Part shown: positions 12,555-26,222 of the stretch, piece by piece
Layout of the letters: each line of letters starts with the position of its first letter
How positions within the stretch are numbered: the stretch's first letter is position 1
NCBI GenBank assembly: GCA_964255285.1
Contig: CAXUUL010000004.1
Coordinates: 1 to 64,000 of the forward strand
Direction: 5' to 3'
DNA length: 64,000 nt
From: Ionaspis alba
Lineage: Eukaryota
The notes under the pieces: generated by a model
Databases searched by the model: none
Seen by the model: the letters and a program-made list of their open reading frames with translations, nothing else
What the model was told of the DNA's origin: nothing
Translations under genes and position numbers: made by a program

Positions 12555-13490
12555 TTACTTTCGTTGGTAGACCACTTTGATAACCCTGCCATCATCGCCC
12601 AATGCCATACCAGCCGTGCTCTCTTTCGCACTGATGGCACCAGCTTCGGCTTCATATTCTACGAAGGCAATTCCCTTCCGTCCGGGTACTAGTCGTACCT
12701 CCCGAAACCCTTCAAATCTTCCGAATATCGAGCTCAAGCTATCCACGTCGTAGTCTTCGGGTAAATTGGACAAGAATAGAATCTTGTTCGGTGGTAGGTA
12801 CTCGTCTGGAACGACTGCTCCTGCTCCAGGATTGGACGATTTGAGACCTGCTCCCCGAGTAGCTTTCGCGGGTCTAGCGGCAGGCTCGGCACCATTCGTA
12901 GCAGCGTTTCGTTTTTGCCTCTTCTGGGTCTCGATAGCCTCGCTAGCTTGCTTTCTCTCTAAGCAGCAACGAGATGGTAAGCTGTACCGTTCCAATTCTG
13001 ACCGAAGATATATTCTCCTCACCTTTCTCAGCAAGTCGTCTTCGTTTATGTGCCTCAAGCTCTTCCGCGTTGCCATCTCTTTGGACCGTAGCGTCGCTCC
13101 TTGTTTTGGCATAGTCTAGCACCATTGGCTTGTCGAAGAGCTCGAAGCCTTGCACCTCCTTCAATGCACGTTCTGCAGCTTGTAAGTCATCGAAGACGAC
13201 AAATGCCTGGCCCTTGGCCTTGATGTTGGATTTGGCAACCAAGTCAATAACTGTGCCATACTCCGAGAAGATCTCCGTCAGAGCTTCTTTGAGCTGATCG
13301 ACCTTGATCCTTTCTTCTAAGTTTTTGACCTTATTATCCACATCAGCCTGCACTGGGTACTAGTGGTGGAGATATACGTACGTAAATCCTAATACCATTA
13401 GTTCTTAAGCGTAGAAACCAAGCGGACATGGCCCACTCACGTCGAATTTGGGGGATTTGTCGGTCCCGTAGGCACAACGATGCTAGCCAT
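12555..13490 (-). CDS. MUD1: U1 snRNP protein A (U1A/U2B'' family, two RRMs)
   Basis: N-terminal RRM PNSTIYVKNLEERIK...AKGQAFVVF and C-terminal RRM PPNKILFLSNLP...EVRLVPGRKGIAFVEY. Introns 13389-13440, 13330-13381 (7-nt exon between them) and 12959-13022. U1A rather than U2B'' is inferred from the loop sequence. Confidence 0.8.
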
Positions 13491-13789
13491 GTCTCTGGTG
13501 AGGAGCGGGCAAAGAATCTAACATACAGGTAGAAGGCTGCAAGTAATGCAAAACCTCTGGCCAAAATCTGCCTGCAGGACTGTTTTACGCGAGTTTGGCG
13601 ACGGGTTTGTATCCGTAGTGACTAACAACAATCAATTCAGTGAACACACAAGACATTCCAATTGACTGTCAAGAGTACTCAAATTGTTTGACAAGCTTTT
13701 CAATTCGCCTGGTTTCTATGCTCGGCGTCTGGCTAATACTCCCATGCGCTTAGACAGTGCTTTCCCCGTTGGCTGACTGACATCATTGA

Positions 13790-15575
13790 ATGCAAAGCTT
13801 TCTTGTGACTCTGGCGCGTCCTCTACCCTTTTATAATATACGAAGCTTGTATATGGCATTCGGAACTTCTTCACCTGTCATGACGAGAAAAATTCGTCTC
13901 ACAGAGGAGGAGCAGAAGCTACGCCAACTTCTTCTCGACGTCTCAGATTACATTGCTGGCCAAGGATGTGCGAAGCCGGAGTTGAGGTTTACCGGCGGCT
14001 GGGTGCGAGACAAGCTGCTTGGGATCACAAGCAAGGACATAGACATTGGTATCAGCTCAATGACTGGTTACAGATTCGGCACTTTGATGAAGCAGTATCT
14101 TGAGAAATCCACCGGTTTTGCTAAATATGGCCAAGATGTTGTCAGCGGACTGGCCAAGATCGCGGCCAATCCTGAGAAGTCGAAACATCTCGAGACTGTA
14201 ACCACGAGGATCATGGGCCTGGATATTGACCTTGTGAACCTGAGGAGGGAAACATATGTGGAGGATAGCCGCAACCCTACCATGGAATTTGGAACTGCGG
14301 AGGAGGACGCTTTACGTCGGGATTCGACTGTCAATGCCCTCTTCTATAATCTGTCTACTGCAGAAGTGGAAGATCTAACAAGCAAAGGTCTAAACGACAT
14401 GGATCTTAAGATCATCAGAACACCCTTGTCGCCGTATCAGACTTTCAAAGACGATCCTCTACGGGTCTTGAGATGCATTAGATTTGCCAGCAAACTTGGG
14501 TACAGTATCGATATCGAGGCCGAACGATCCATGAGCGATACGTGTATCAAGGAAGCATTGCGAGCGAAGATTACTCGCGAACGAGTAGGACTTGAGATTG
14601 ATAAAATGCTCAAAGGTAAACTTTCTTTTTTGATTTCGAGCGATGCTATACTCGATTCATATCTAACCATCTTCCTAGGGCCACAACCTCATACAGCCCT
14701 CTCACTCGTTGACCGCCTAGGTCTCTATGATATTATTTTCACGGACCCTAACACAAAAGCAGCATTAGAGATTGATACACGCAACTGGAAGAGAGCATAT
14801 AACCAGCTCTTCGAATTATTGGAGGAAAGTAACGTGCGATCCCCAAAGCTTCGACACATGCAAGCTGTACGGGAACTACTTTTATTCAACCCTGAGCAAG
14901 AATACCTGGCTTGGCTTCTCTGTTCCCTCACTCCATGGGCAAGAATAGGAAATCCTAAGACACAGAAACCAGGGACTAAACGCCTTCCACCAATGGCAGC
15001 AGTCGTTGCTCGTGAAGGTCTAAAGCTCGAAAACAAAAGTCTCAATGTTGTTCGGGACAGCGTACTGCATCTAGACGAGATTATTGCCTCTAAGGATGCT
15101 TTGTCGAGCGAGTTTGAACCTGCGAGCGTTCCAACGAAGCGTAAACGAGGTCCTCTTACTCGAGACCAATTGGGAATGTGTATTCGCAGATGGGGCTCTC
15201 AGTGGCGCAGCAGCGTTCTTTTTGCTCTTCTTGTACAATGCATGGAGACGGACCACGAACATGGTGAGTGACATCCTCCAAGCCTATGGCCTCGATCTCG
15301 TTTCTTACACGTCAAAAGAACGATCAAAAGTCATAGAACAGTATGCAAATTGGCTTACTCTTATCAAAGAGCAAGACCTCTTGGAAGCTTACTCCCTGAA
15401 ACCTATTCTTGATGGCAAAAGGTTGCAAAAGGAGCTCGAAAAGAAGCCCGGTCCCTGGATGGTGACTGCTCTCAAAATGGCTATGGAATGGCAGCTTAGG
15501 AATCCAAAAGAGACGCAGCCTGATGGGGCAATCGAAGAAGTTTTAGCAAAATATAAAGATCTTGAGGTAGACTGA
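13790..15575 (+). CDS. CCA1: tRNA nucleotidyltransferase (CCA-adding enzyme)
   Basis: GGWVRDKLLG..SKDIDI, NPEKSKHLET, EDALRRDSTVNALFYN, DDPLRVLRCIRFA. Introns 14616-14678 and 15264-15318. Confidence 0.93.
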
Positions 15576-16021
15576 GTAGTCCATAAGGCATTCTGTCACC
15601 AGAAAGACATGGAAAAATGTGCAGTAGAATGAGTATTGGTAGACTGGGCGACACGGTGACAACCCTCCAGTACCTTGGGTGTACTTTCAATACCTTGAAG
15701 CTCTCTTTCCCGGCGCTGGTAGTCACTGTGCTGTGGTCCTGAGGGAGCGTATAATATGACTAAGTCTTCGATGGGGCCTTTTGATGAGATGGAATGCCCA
15801 AGCCTGCTGACCACGGCAGAGGTAGAGTTTAGTGTGAGGGTAACCAAGGTGTATCTTCAGACATTTCCTTACCAGAGCTGAGATACATTGAAACGAAGCA
15901 TTCTACCTATATCACACTAGTCTGCACGAAGTTCTTCGCTCCATGTTGATACAAGGCAGAACAACAACGACGCGGCTATGTATCACCGGCTGTGCGAAAT
16001 TTTTTTGCATGACCTTTGAGC

Positions 16022-19000
16022 CTAAGTTTGCGTCTTCTCCTTGCTCGCTCCCCTTTTGGTGTCAACGCCTATTCCTTCAGTGTGCAGAGTTGTGTCTTTC
16101 ATTACGGACGGCACCACCGCAGCTGGTTCTGGGAAGATCTCTCCGAACATCCCTGGCAGGAAACGTTCAAGTCTCTTCTGAGTTTCGTCCCAGAGTCTTG
16201 CATGTTGTGTGTCCTCAGAGGGAGGGATCAAAATTCCGCCATTAGCCATAACCAGGAGAATATTTTTGAGACTTTCCGGTACGGCTTCGTTCTAGTTGAT
16301 GTTAGACGCTCTCTCAAGAGCTCGAAATTGATGTAGGGTGGGTCACTTACTAAACTATTACTCTCACCACTGTTCATCAGACGGTCCATGATATCCAGAA
16401 TCCTTAGCCATAGCTCTAGCATTCCGTCCCATTCCGACAGTAGTATTAGGTAGTGCAAGAAGATCTTGCAAAGTAGAGTGGCTGCTTGGACCCGTGTCTC
16501 ACTCATTCCGACGGGATCGGAATGGTAGACTTCAGGTTTCAGAAGTTTTAGTATGAGGGGAAAAAGAACTTCGCCGAAGATGGCCGTCCATTCCTGGTGA
16601 TCAGTTGAGGCTAATTCAGACGTGAGAAGGGTTCGTTGAAGTCCTGAGAAGGCCTGGTGTCGTATATCTCGACTCGGATTGATGCACTGGCTGCTGAGAG
16701 CAAGGAATATTGGCGACCAGTATGTTGACCAGGCTGGACGTTGTTAGCTTCTGGTCGAGCGTGTTCGTGAGCAAATTTACCTTCGTTTCGTTCCAAATGG
16801 GACTGCTCGATCAGCGCAGGTACTCTGCTGCTCAATTGATAGATCATGGTAATGGCCCTGACACCTCGATTGACGAGCTCATTGTTGCTGGACAAGTCAG
16901 AAACGTATATCACTCGACTTGTGGGATACCAACCGTGGCTCAGCTTGTTTGTTCGATTTCGACCTTCGAACATTTCGCTCTCCTTTTTGTTCAGTGACGG
17001 CGCCTGCACTGCCGGCTGTGGCGAAATCGTTCAAAGACAGTACGGCAGATTCATAATTATCGGCTGTTACGGCTGATGGGTTGTCCGCCATTATGCCAAC
17101 TAGCAGATCGAACACAATCCGAGCTGCTTCACCATGGTTGTGCAGATTACGTATGGTAGACCAGAAGTCCGGTGTGTTGGCGATCTCATTCCTCAGCCGC
17201 CGGGGTCCGCTCATGCACAGAGCTAGACCTTTCATGATAGGTAAAGCAGCCTTTTCCGCTGTGGCTGTATCTAGGCTCGAGATTGTATGTAGAACTACAG
17301 GGGCTCGAATGAAAGATTGCTCCTAACATGGTCAGATGCGAAGATGAAAGGGAGAGCTTAGCTCAGACAGTGTGAAGGACTTACATGACTCGCTTGGAGT
17401 AAGTGCAGTAAGTAGAAGACCGCTCTGGAGACTATCAGTGGGTGGATATTGCTAGCGTCTCGGACCACATTCTGGAGAGCTTCTGCTACATCTTTGCCAA
17501 TATCAGCGGAAGCCGCTTCGCCCCGTATAGCAAGCAGAGTCGCAACTTCCAGAATGTACACCACCGAAGGATCGTAGAAGATAGCAGAACTAGTCCTGTG
17601 GCCGTTAATTTTGGACGAATTCGGTGATCCCACATCCGGCTTTACCACGATGACCACAGGAGACGACTTCTGAGGTAGCTGGTCTAGAAGTGTATGTACC
17701 ACAATATGTAAAGGTTCCGGAGGTAACGTCCTGCTATCGTTAGCAATTTACCGATGCCCCATAACGGAAATGGTTACATGAGGTTAGCGTAGATCGCCTC
17801 GAGAGGACAAGCATTAATGCAATCTACTGTGCAAAGTGTATCGCTCAGCTCCTCATCGGAAGGCTCTGGGGGTTCGTCCGCGGCGTAGCTTGTCAAGTAA
17901 GAAGTGAAGCTCTGGAACAAACCACTTTCGTTGGGTCGTTCCGTTCGGTTAATGACTTGTGAGGGTGATTGAATTGGTATTGGGGGAAGCTCAAAGGAAG
18001 CTTGTGATGGGAAAAGAGGACCTGGGATAAGAGAGTTGATGAATAGGTTCAGCCAAATCCGAACAATCTGATTGCATATTAGCCAAGCTCCCTTGGATGC
18101 TGCGTTCCAACTCACCTGTCTCCAGCCGCCCCTGATACTCGCCTCATTTCCTGCCACCACCCCCTTGAACAGCACAACAGTCGCCAGTTGCGCTTTGTAA
18201 TCACGGCCAAACTTGACCGCTAACTCACTAACCATCACACTCTTTTTGCCAGCCTGAACCTCGGTGTTTAGGGTAGTGTTCGGAACTGTCTCTGAAGCCA
18301 GAGTCGTGATGGTGCCCAGGCAAAAGATGATATGGTCAAGAGCGTCAGTTATGCCGTAGGATGCAGCAATTTGTGCACATTGGTCGAACCCAGCCACAAC
18401 CCTCTGATACACCGCATCTTCCGATGCAGACATGAACACATACGAGAGAGTGGCGATCACCGGCTTCCAAGTAGCCTCGAACATATCTGCATCATAAATG
18501 TTGGTGTCGCAAATCACCAGGTCTCCAGATGTATGAGCCTTCAAAAGTAGCTCTTTCCATGCATAGTCAAATGCGTGTTTGTTGTCATGCTCATCAGGGA
18601 GAATAATCTCGTTTGTTTTGATGGAGTCGTAGATATCTCGCAGGTAATCTGGATCGAAGTCCTTCCCTCCATTTACTCCTCGAAGATTCCTTGCAAAATC
18701 GTTCAGCGCCATGCGATTCTGGCCCTTGACGTTTGGATTGTGCTGGTCGGTATTGAGCATGATTATCGCGTAAGTTAACACATAAACACTGTCCTTGTCG
18801 GCTACGTCCTCTGGCGTGGAGCCAGCAAAGTATTTTTCAGAAAAGACGGTAACGATACGTTCGATCAGGGGCGATTCTCCAGGCAATCGAAACGCACCCA
18901 GTAAGTCCCGCAATGCCTCGTCGACTCGTTTCGCGGAGAAGTCAAAGAGGTCCATAAAAGCCCCAAGAAGATGTTCGTTGGCCTTTTTGGAGAGGTATTC

Positions 19001-21297
19001 ACCTAGCATTTTCTTCGATATCCGACTCGTGCCCTTCAAAAACTTCGCGATCGAATGCGGATCATCAGCAGATCGGATGATACCTTGTGAAGTCAAGTAG
19101 ACGATACCCGCTTTTGGGTTTTCATTGAACTTAGTCGCCCCTTTGATAATGATTTTCTTTCGAGCCCGTTGCTCGCGAAGTTTGTTTCTGTCCGGAAGAC
19201 TAGCAGATATCGGCTTGTCATCAAGTCGATCCGCAATGAACTGGACATATCCAAGTAAAGAGTCGAGGCACAGCGGCGGGACATTTGTGGTACTCCACGT
19301 CGCTGAGTCTGGGAAAGCGTTCCTTGATAGCAAGCCAACCATGTCCTCACACAGATCGCTTCGATCAACCTCGCAATCGTAATTTACAAATAGTTCGGCC
19401 AGAAAGCTAGGTATCCTTGTTAGAGCTCCGATGCTCTCGATCATAGCCTCTCTTGCATCCGGTGATCGAGCTCCTCCTTCCATACCGAGTTTCTGTCGAT
19501 CTTTCACAGGAACAGGAGTCGATCGACCGCTGCTACTGGAAGAAGGGGGTTGCTTTACTAGCTTGGGTACGTTTGGAACACCTTCATACAAGGCCGGATC
19601 TATACCCGTTTCACGAGGAATCTCGACACGGGGATGTAAGCAGGCAACGAGATAGGAAAGAAACAGCTCTTGCTGCAGTTTGAGCACTGAACGGCATGTT
19701 GCCAGAAGTGTCCCAGCAACTCGAAGAGATTCGTTTAAGAGATTCATATTATCGGAGCGTACAAGCTGAAAGAGATTGCGGCACAAATGGTCCTTCGCCA
19801 GAGACGCGAGGCTTGGGTGCTTCGCAATGGAAGGACCAGCAACTTCCAATGCAACGTCGATGATCCTTAAGGCCATTATTCGCATGGAGTCGGTATGTTG
19901 ACGATCGTGCGGCTCCAACAAATTCACTAAGACTCGAAATAATTCCCTGATCGACAAAAGTGAGTACGGTTTGATTTCCAGTACATCTTCTGGGGTGGAG
20001 GAAGGGATCTGTGTTAGATTGACGGCACTGCTGTTGAGGTCTTTCCTTATTCCAATCTCATCATTCACAGGCTGTTGCTCGAGGTTCAGTTCCGACGAGC
20101 TCGCTGAAATCTTTTCTTGCGGCTTCTCGGGCAGATCGATTCTCGTCGACAAAGGTGCATTGACCGTGCTTGGTTGAGGAGAAGCCGTATTCGTACCTGT
20201 CAGTGGAGTATCCATCTTCAGCTCGCTCTTTTCGACATTTTGGGTCGAAGCTTCCAGAACGGTTAGATCGCCGCCGGCTTCGTCCTCTAAATGTTTCAGG
20301 CGTTCGAAGACTACCTGGCACATTGTGATCATTGACATTTCCGCAGACCGACGAAGAAGCTCGGAGAGCCGCATTTGGCAACACATGCTCAAGCCAGTTT
20401 CCATCATCTCGCAGACACTCTCATCACCAAGCAGATTTCCACCAGGACCAGAAAGCATATCTTCCATCAGCTTGAGTATCCGTAGTAGGACAATCTCGTC
20501 AGCTGCCGAGTCACTGGCTTCAAACCGGCAGTGGGTTATGGCTGCGGAAAGAAGCTGCATGCCCAATGACAAGCGAGGGGATTCGATGCTAATCAGATTG
20601 TAGGCAAAGAATTTTGTGATAGCTACAAGAGCCAGAGAAGTAATAGGAGCCGAAGTTGACGAGGAACGAATGACCTGCAGGAAAGGGTGTAGCAAAGATG
20701 GAATATCAAATACCCGTATATCTGGGATCATTAGTATAAATTGCAGAGAGTTCTTCAATAGTTCAAACCAGTGCAGCCTCTTAGATCACTTCTCAGCCGT
20801 GCAAATGCCGACATCAGCGGGTTGTCCTGCATGCTCTTGCCTCTCTTCCCACGCAGGCCCCAACGGCTCTGCAGACTATCATCCTCGCTTCCGCCAAGAC
20901 TACTTCTTGCTCCAATGGCTTCTCTTCTTCCAGCTGTCTGTTGACTTCTGGTATGTGGTAGACTGGACGTCGTATATCGATAGGAAGTTGTAACTCCACC
21001 CAGTATTGCAGAAACCGAGGAGTGTGCCCACCTGGCATGCTTTCGCATGGCCGAAGTAACCGTAATACATTCTGTCGTGATCAATGCCACAGGGTCTATG
21101 GCAATGGCTACTTTAGCAGGCGTGACATCGAAGTGTTTCGTTCCACGTAGCTGAGGCCCGTCAAGTACTATGGTAGGCACTCCGGTGCTCAACGGAGAGC
21201 TTGGGTAGTCGGCCGAACTATCTTGATCTGAAGTGCTCAGCGCAATGTCTTGTGACGATCGAATCCTCATTGGACTAGAAGTGTCATCTAGTGCCAT
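16022..21297 (-). CDS. GEA2: Sec7-domain ARF guanine nucleotide exchange factor, GEA/GBF1 subfamily
   Basis: DCB region (THCRFEASDSAADEIVL), HUS box (LFVNYDC) and Sec7 motifs FRLPGESPLIERI and YAIIMLNTDQHN. Introns 20722-20768, 18068-18115, 17731-17777, 17323-17384, 16888-16933, 16734-16780, 16292-16350. Confidence 0.9.
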
Positions 21298-22081
21298 GTA
21301 GAAATCGGAAGCGGAAGCTGAAGCCGCTCCGCTGTTCCGCAAGGGCTTCTCTGCTTGTCAAGGACGACGAGACTCATGCTTCAAATACTTGGCCATTTCC
21401 AGCCGGTCGACATGTTTCAATATGTGTCGACTAATGTGCCGTTGTATAGCTTAGCATTTTCTTGGGGTCAGGTAGCAGTAAACCCAATGCTTCGAAGGCT
21501 ATAGTAGAGATGGTCTTAAGCGAGATGCCTAAATTATAAGTCACTACATTGAAAATGGACGCCCTCGGCCAGGCGTCGTCTGGGTTCGGTGCACAATCAA
21601 TCATCACTGGTTTAAATACTTATTAGATTAATTTTGACCCCACAAAAATCTGTATTCGTAGATACCAATATCTGTCACCAATCCTGCACCATGGCGAAGC
21701 GCAAAATATACTCGTGACGTGCCGACTCCATCGCAATGCACCGAAAGTCCCTATAGCCAAGCCTACATTGCTCCATCATAACAAGCTATATGACATGTCT
21801 ATTGTACGCCGGTTGGTTTCCTCCAAAATCATTGCGGTCTCTTTTGCTCATTCAGAAAAACAGGACTCGTACATCGAGCTCTGAGCTGAGAAAGGTCAAT
21901 GGCGACCATTTAGCCTCAGACGCCGAGTTAGATCACATGACAGCTCCGAACGCCAGGTAAACAGGGCTGTAGCGCGAGGAAGAAGAGCTTCGTCTGTTCG
22001 ATGGACGAAGACAGTCTTGGCAATGATACACTTCTGCACGGATAATGGCTAAGGAGTATAGCTTGAATCATGGTTTCTTCT

Positions 22082-23953
22082 TTACAGTAGAGGCCTGTCC
22101 TGATTTCTTGACCCAGCTTCGGTAACCGTCTTCTCCGCAATTCCTTGTGCTTTTGCGGCTTTCTGTGCACTCTCCGCATCCGATGTCGTGTCAGCTTCTG
22201 CAGCCGGGACCTTTGGCTGCGATTTTTCTTTGGGAGACACCAAATTGGCGTTGGAATTGCCCTTAGGACTCTGTGCCTTGGTATCCATGGCTTTCTTGAG
22301 GTCCTCCGAAGGAATGCCTCCTTTATCCTTCGAACTTTGAGCCATGGGATCAGTGGGATCTTTAGTAGGCTGCGCGATCGGACCTTGTTCGTCTCCGACG
22401 TGAGCTATTCGCTGAGTGTCGGCCTTCTCTTCTTCTTTTTGGGCTATGTCCTTAAGTTCCGTTTTGTCCTTTTCCCATTGACTGTTTGGTTCATGGAATT
22501 CATCCTTGATCTTTTTCAATCGATCCGCTCGCTCCTTTTCTTCTCGTTCCCGGTTCTTTCGTTCTTGCTCCATCTCTTCCATGTGGCGGATATCGTCAAC
22601 GCTAGGTTCATATAAATGCCAGACGGTATAATGCGGTAGTCCGATGACGGAGAATTTCATCCGTTTTGCCATCTGTTGACTTTCAGTAACGAGTGGGGGA
22701 GGAATGCAATGTTTGAACATATTACCTTGCCGAATCCTTCCGTCTCTGCGTGCTTCTCGAAACTGAAAGCTGGGAAATGGACGCCTGACCTAAAAACCTT
22801 CGCCTTGGCAAGGATGCTAACACCGCCCACACCGTCGATCTCCATTTCCATATCAGGATCGCCGTAAGGATCTCGTAAGTACGCCAGATGCGGTCTCCAT
22901 GTCGCATATTCTGCGTAGCCCTCCACTATTACGGCGTCCTCATCCAGTGTGTCCGCTAACGCCAATGCAGTCTCTGACTCTTGCCATGAATTCAGGTCGT
23001 AAGGTTGTTCTCCGCCCAACCAATCAGGTAAGGGTCGCCAAACATCTGGGATGGATGGTATTAGAGCACAGTGGTACAGCTTGATCCGTAGGTACAGCAA
23101 CTTACTCGGCACAATGACATCTTTGTTGTGTCTCATGAGATCTTCCAAGATTGTAAATGGGGCGGTCTCCACATCCACATCCCTCCAATAGACCCAGCTA
23201 TGAGTTGGTCTGAGTGCTGAGCTAAGTAGCCAATTCCGAGCTTGAGCCATCAACTTTCTCCTGCTGGCTTGGGCGGCGAAACCATGACGGCTTTCAACAT
23301 CCTGATTGACTTTCTGCCCAAAGTCCTTTTCGATAATTGAGATTTCTCCATACGGCTGTTTCGGGTCATCGTCTTCTTGTTGTTTCGTAAGTAGCTCTGA
23401 GAGGAGAGTTAATGTACGGTCTTTCGAGTCCGAAACGAGGAAGGCTAGGTCAATCAGATGGTGTGGGTATGTGAAATTTCGTAGGTGTGAGAAAAACATT
23501 GGAAGGTGGGATTCGGCGTCTCTCAGAGGTGCGCAGAGCAAAACCCGTTCCTCACGCTCCCATCCCTTCGCCGTCCCTTGTACGTTGGATAAATCGTAGT
23601 ATCGCACAGTCTCCAGCTGAAAGTGTCCAGGCTCCGATAAGAGACCCAAGCTCATCGTTGGAAGAACAGAGGACCTTATATCAGGGAAAAACAAGAGGAT
23701 GAGGAAGAGGGAGGCAGTGGTCATGAGGGCCAATCGTAGTATTAGTTGTCTCCGCCTCCGAAGTGCTGGTTGGGATCGCATCTGGAATCTAGGAGTTAGG
23801 ATTCAGTAAGCCTCGTTTTCCAAGAACGGCCACTGGGCGATAGGAGCGGACATGTTAGGAGTTATGTGCATACCTATGCGGTGATATAGAAAGCCCTCCA
23901 CTGCCTCTGGGGTAGGCTTTTTGTCCATTTGCGTAGGCATGACGCCGGTCCAT
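22082..23953 (-). CDS. ANP1: Golgi mannan polymerase subunit, Anp1/Van1/Mnn9 family (GT62), type II membrane protein
   Basis: Basic stretch plus TM helix, then YPHHLIDLAFLVSDS, RRKLMAQARNWLL, WRDVDV (DxD), PYDLNSWQES, DGVGGV, AETEGFGKMAKRM. Introns 23789-23873, 23046-23105, 22673-22725. Long charged C-terminal tail. The ANP1 vs VAN1 call is uncertain. Confidence 0.85.
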
Positions 23954-26222
23954 GCTTTGCGGAATTGTGCCTGAAAAGTTCTGATGGATCCACCAGATAT
24001 GCAAGGGTGTCTGTCTCCAACGAGGCTCTCAGGCCATTGCAGGCTGGCGACCCCTTCGGGCTTCACGGCTTATATTAGAGATCTTGCTGCAATCCTCCGT
24101 GCTTGCAACTACAGGAAGCCTGGAGAACGGTGCTGATATGAGAATTCTGTTACTAGAATCGACGACTCGAAGGGGACGGAAGCCTTGTGTAGATTGGAAG
24201 GTAGTTGTGAATAAAGTGCTCGAAGCTGATAAAAGGTTACAACGTACAAAGTAGTGGCATCGAGAGGATCCCGGCGAAGCTTACACCCCTGGACCATCCT
24301 TTCTGGTTCAAACGCAAACGCGGGCACAAGCGCGAATGCAAAGGCGCCAAGACTGCAAACCCAGCAAATATCCAGATCTGCTCATTGGATGAATGCCTCC
24401 TCGGCCATGGAAGAAAGGAATTGTGGACGACTACTGGAGACTTGGCCATGGTACGTAAGTGGTAATATTGGCCCAAGAGATTATCTTCTGCTGCTAGATT
24501 ACCTGCCAGCTAGTCGGCAAGACGCTCCTCAACGGATACGTGTTTACCTACGACAGAATTGAATCTTTCGGCGCTAATAGTCGGAAGTGGACTCTGTTGA
24601 AAGCTGACTATGGCAATTTCTACTTGTTCTATCTGGTAATCTCCAAGTCTCGTAGGAGTACGCATTCCCGAAGCACAAAGATTTTGGTGCGATTCCCACA
24701 TCCCTTCACAGGTAATCATCGTGTTCAAGAAGAAAGAGCAAGATGCATTTGTGACTTCGGGAAGCTCCCAGACTTCAGACATCAGAGTGCGATGACTAAG
24801 GCACGAAGACACATATGACAAACGAGAAAAGGCTACATCTGACGTCAGTAAACGTCAGACCAGGATATCTCGTTGGAAAAGTGGAGAAATCTGTGCTCAG
24901 AAAAGCCGGATTATTCAAACAAACACTATCGGCCAGAGTCCTGCACAGGCCAGGACGACCTGCACAGAACCATGACACTGAAACCACATGACGAGCTCAT
25001 GGTAGAACAAGGCCGAAACCAGGTACAGCAGAGCAGACAACTCCACAACCTATCATCCCGAGCACAAGGCTCAGTCCGGTGCGGGAGGGTGGCTTGACAG
25101 CAGGAGACTTCATGGAATGGATTGACTGCTGTCATCGTAGCACACGAGATAGAATAGCAGAAAGACTTACTCGAAGAGCGTACAACAACCGATCATCCTA
25201 CGGTGATGTATTTAGCCTTTTCGTATCATGTTCTTGGGCTCTTCTTCTTGCTGTGACAAGGTTCCGTAGCACAACAGGATGTTGCCTCTAAGTCTGTGTA
25301 GACTGTCAGTAAGGAATTGGTCCGGTACGCGTATAAGTGGCGTAGAAGTGAAAGGTATAATCAGAATGAATGCATTTTGGTATGGAGTATCATCAAGACT
25401 GTTCAGTAGCAGAACTGATAATAAAAGGGTTTCATCACAGTAGAAAAGGATGTGAGAATACGTAGGCTATTGAACTCGTAACGTACCATTGAAGTAGTTA
25501 GAGAATCACAACCTACAGGCAGATTGATTAGCTCTATATACTTCTTCGTCTCCGGCCTCAACCGTTTGTAGCAAGTCATCTAGATGTCAGATGGTAGTGC
25601 ATGTTGTTCAATGGCTCATCGTGATATCGCCGGAACTGGTGTGTCAAGGATTCATCATATGAAAATGACTATAGGCATAGGTATATGGGGGGGAAGTGAC
25701 GTACGGCTTCTGTGTAGCTTTGTAGTACTGCAGCATGAGAGCAGAGGTCATTCTCTAGCTGCTCCACACCTGGGGAATGTAAACCACTCTGCGCAACTAA
25801 CGTACTGGCAGCCCTTCACAGCACGTATCGTACAACATATATAGAGCCTCTGAGGTCTTACCTGCAAGAATGTTCACAGTGCTGATTGTGAAGTTTAATG
25901 CCGAAAGCAAGAATTGAACCAAAATGCGTGGCAGAAAATTCTCGTTAGGCTGTCCGCATTCCGCATTCGAGCCGGATTAGACAGAAATCGTTGCCGAGCA
26001 GTTTTAGCATGTTGGGGAAACGTTGTTAGGTGGCGGTCCTCTAATCCTCTTCCCCTCGGGGATTTGTTAGCTGCAAATGACGCTAATTATGTTCACCGGC
26101 CTGGTACCAAACGATACCTCGAGCTTTTTTCGAGGTATCGCTGGCGAAGCTTTTTATCCGCGACCAGCTCTATTTGATCATCGAGAAGCCGTAAAGTCCA
26201 GGGAATGACAGCATAAGCTTCC

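Noticed and set aside
24786..24845. C/D box snoRNA-like arrangement (GCGATGA...CTGA)
   Set aside because: Box C is imperfect, there is no clear terminal stem, and I could not confirm an rRNA-complementary guide.
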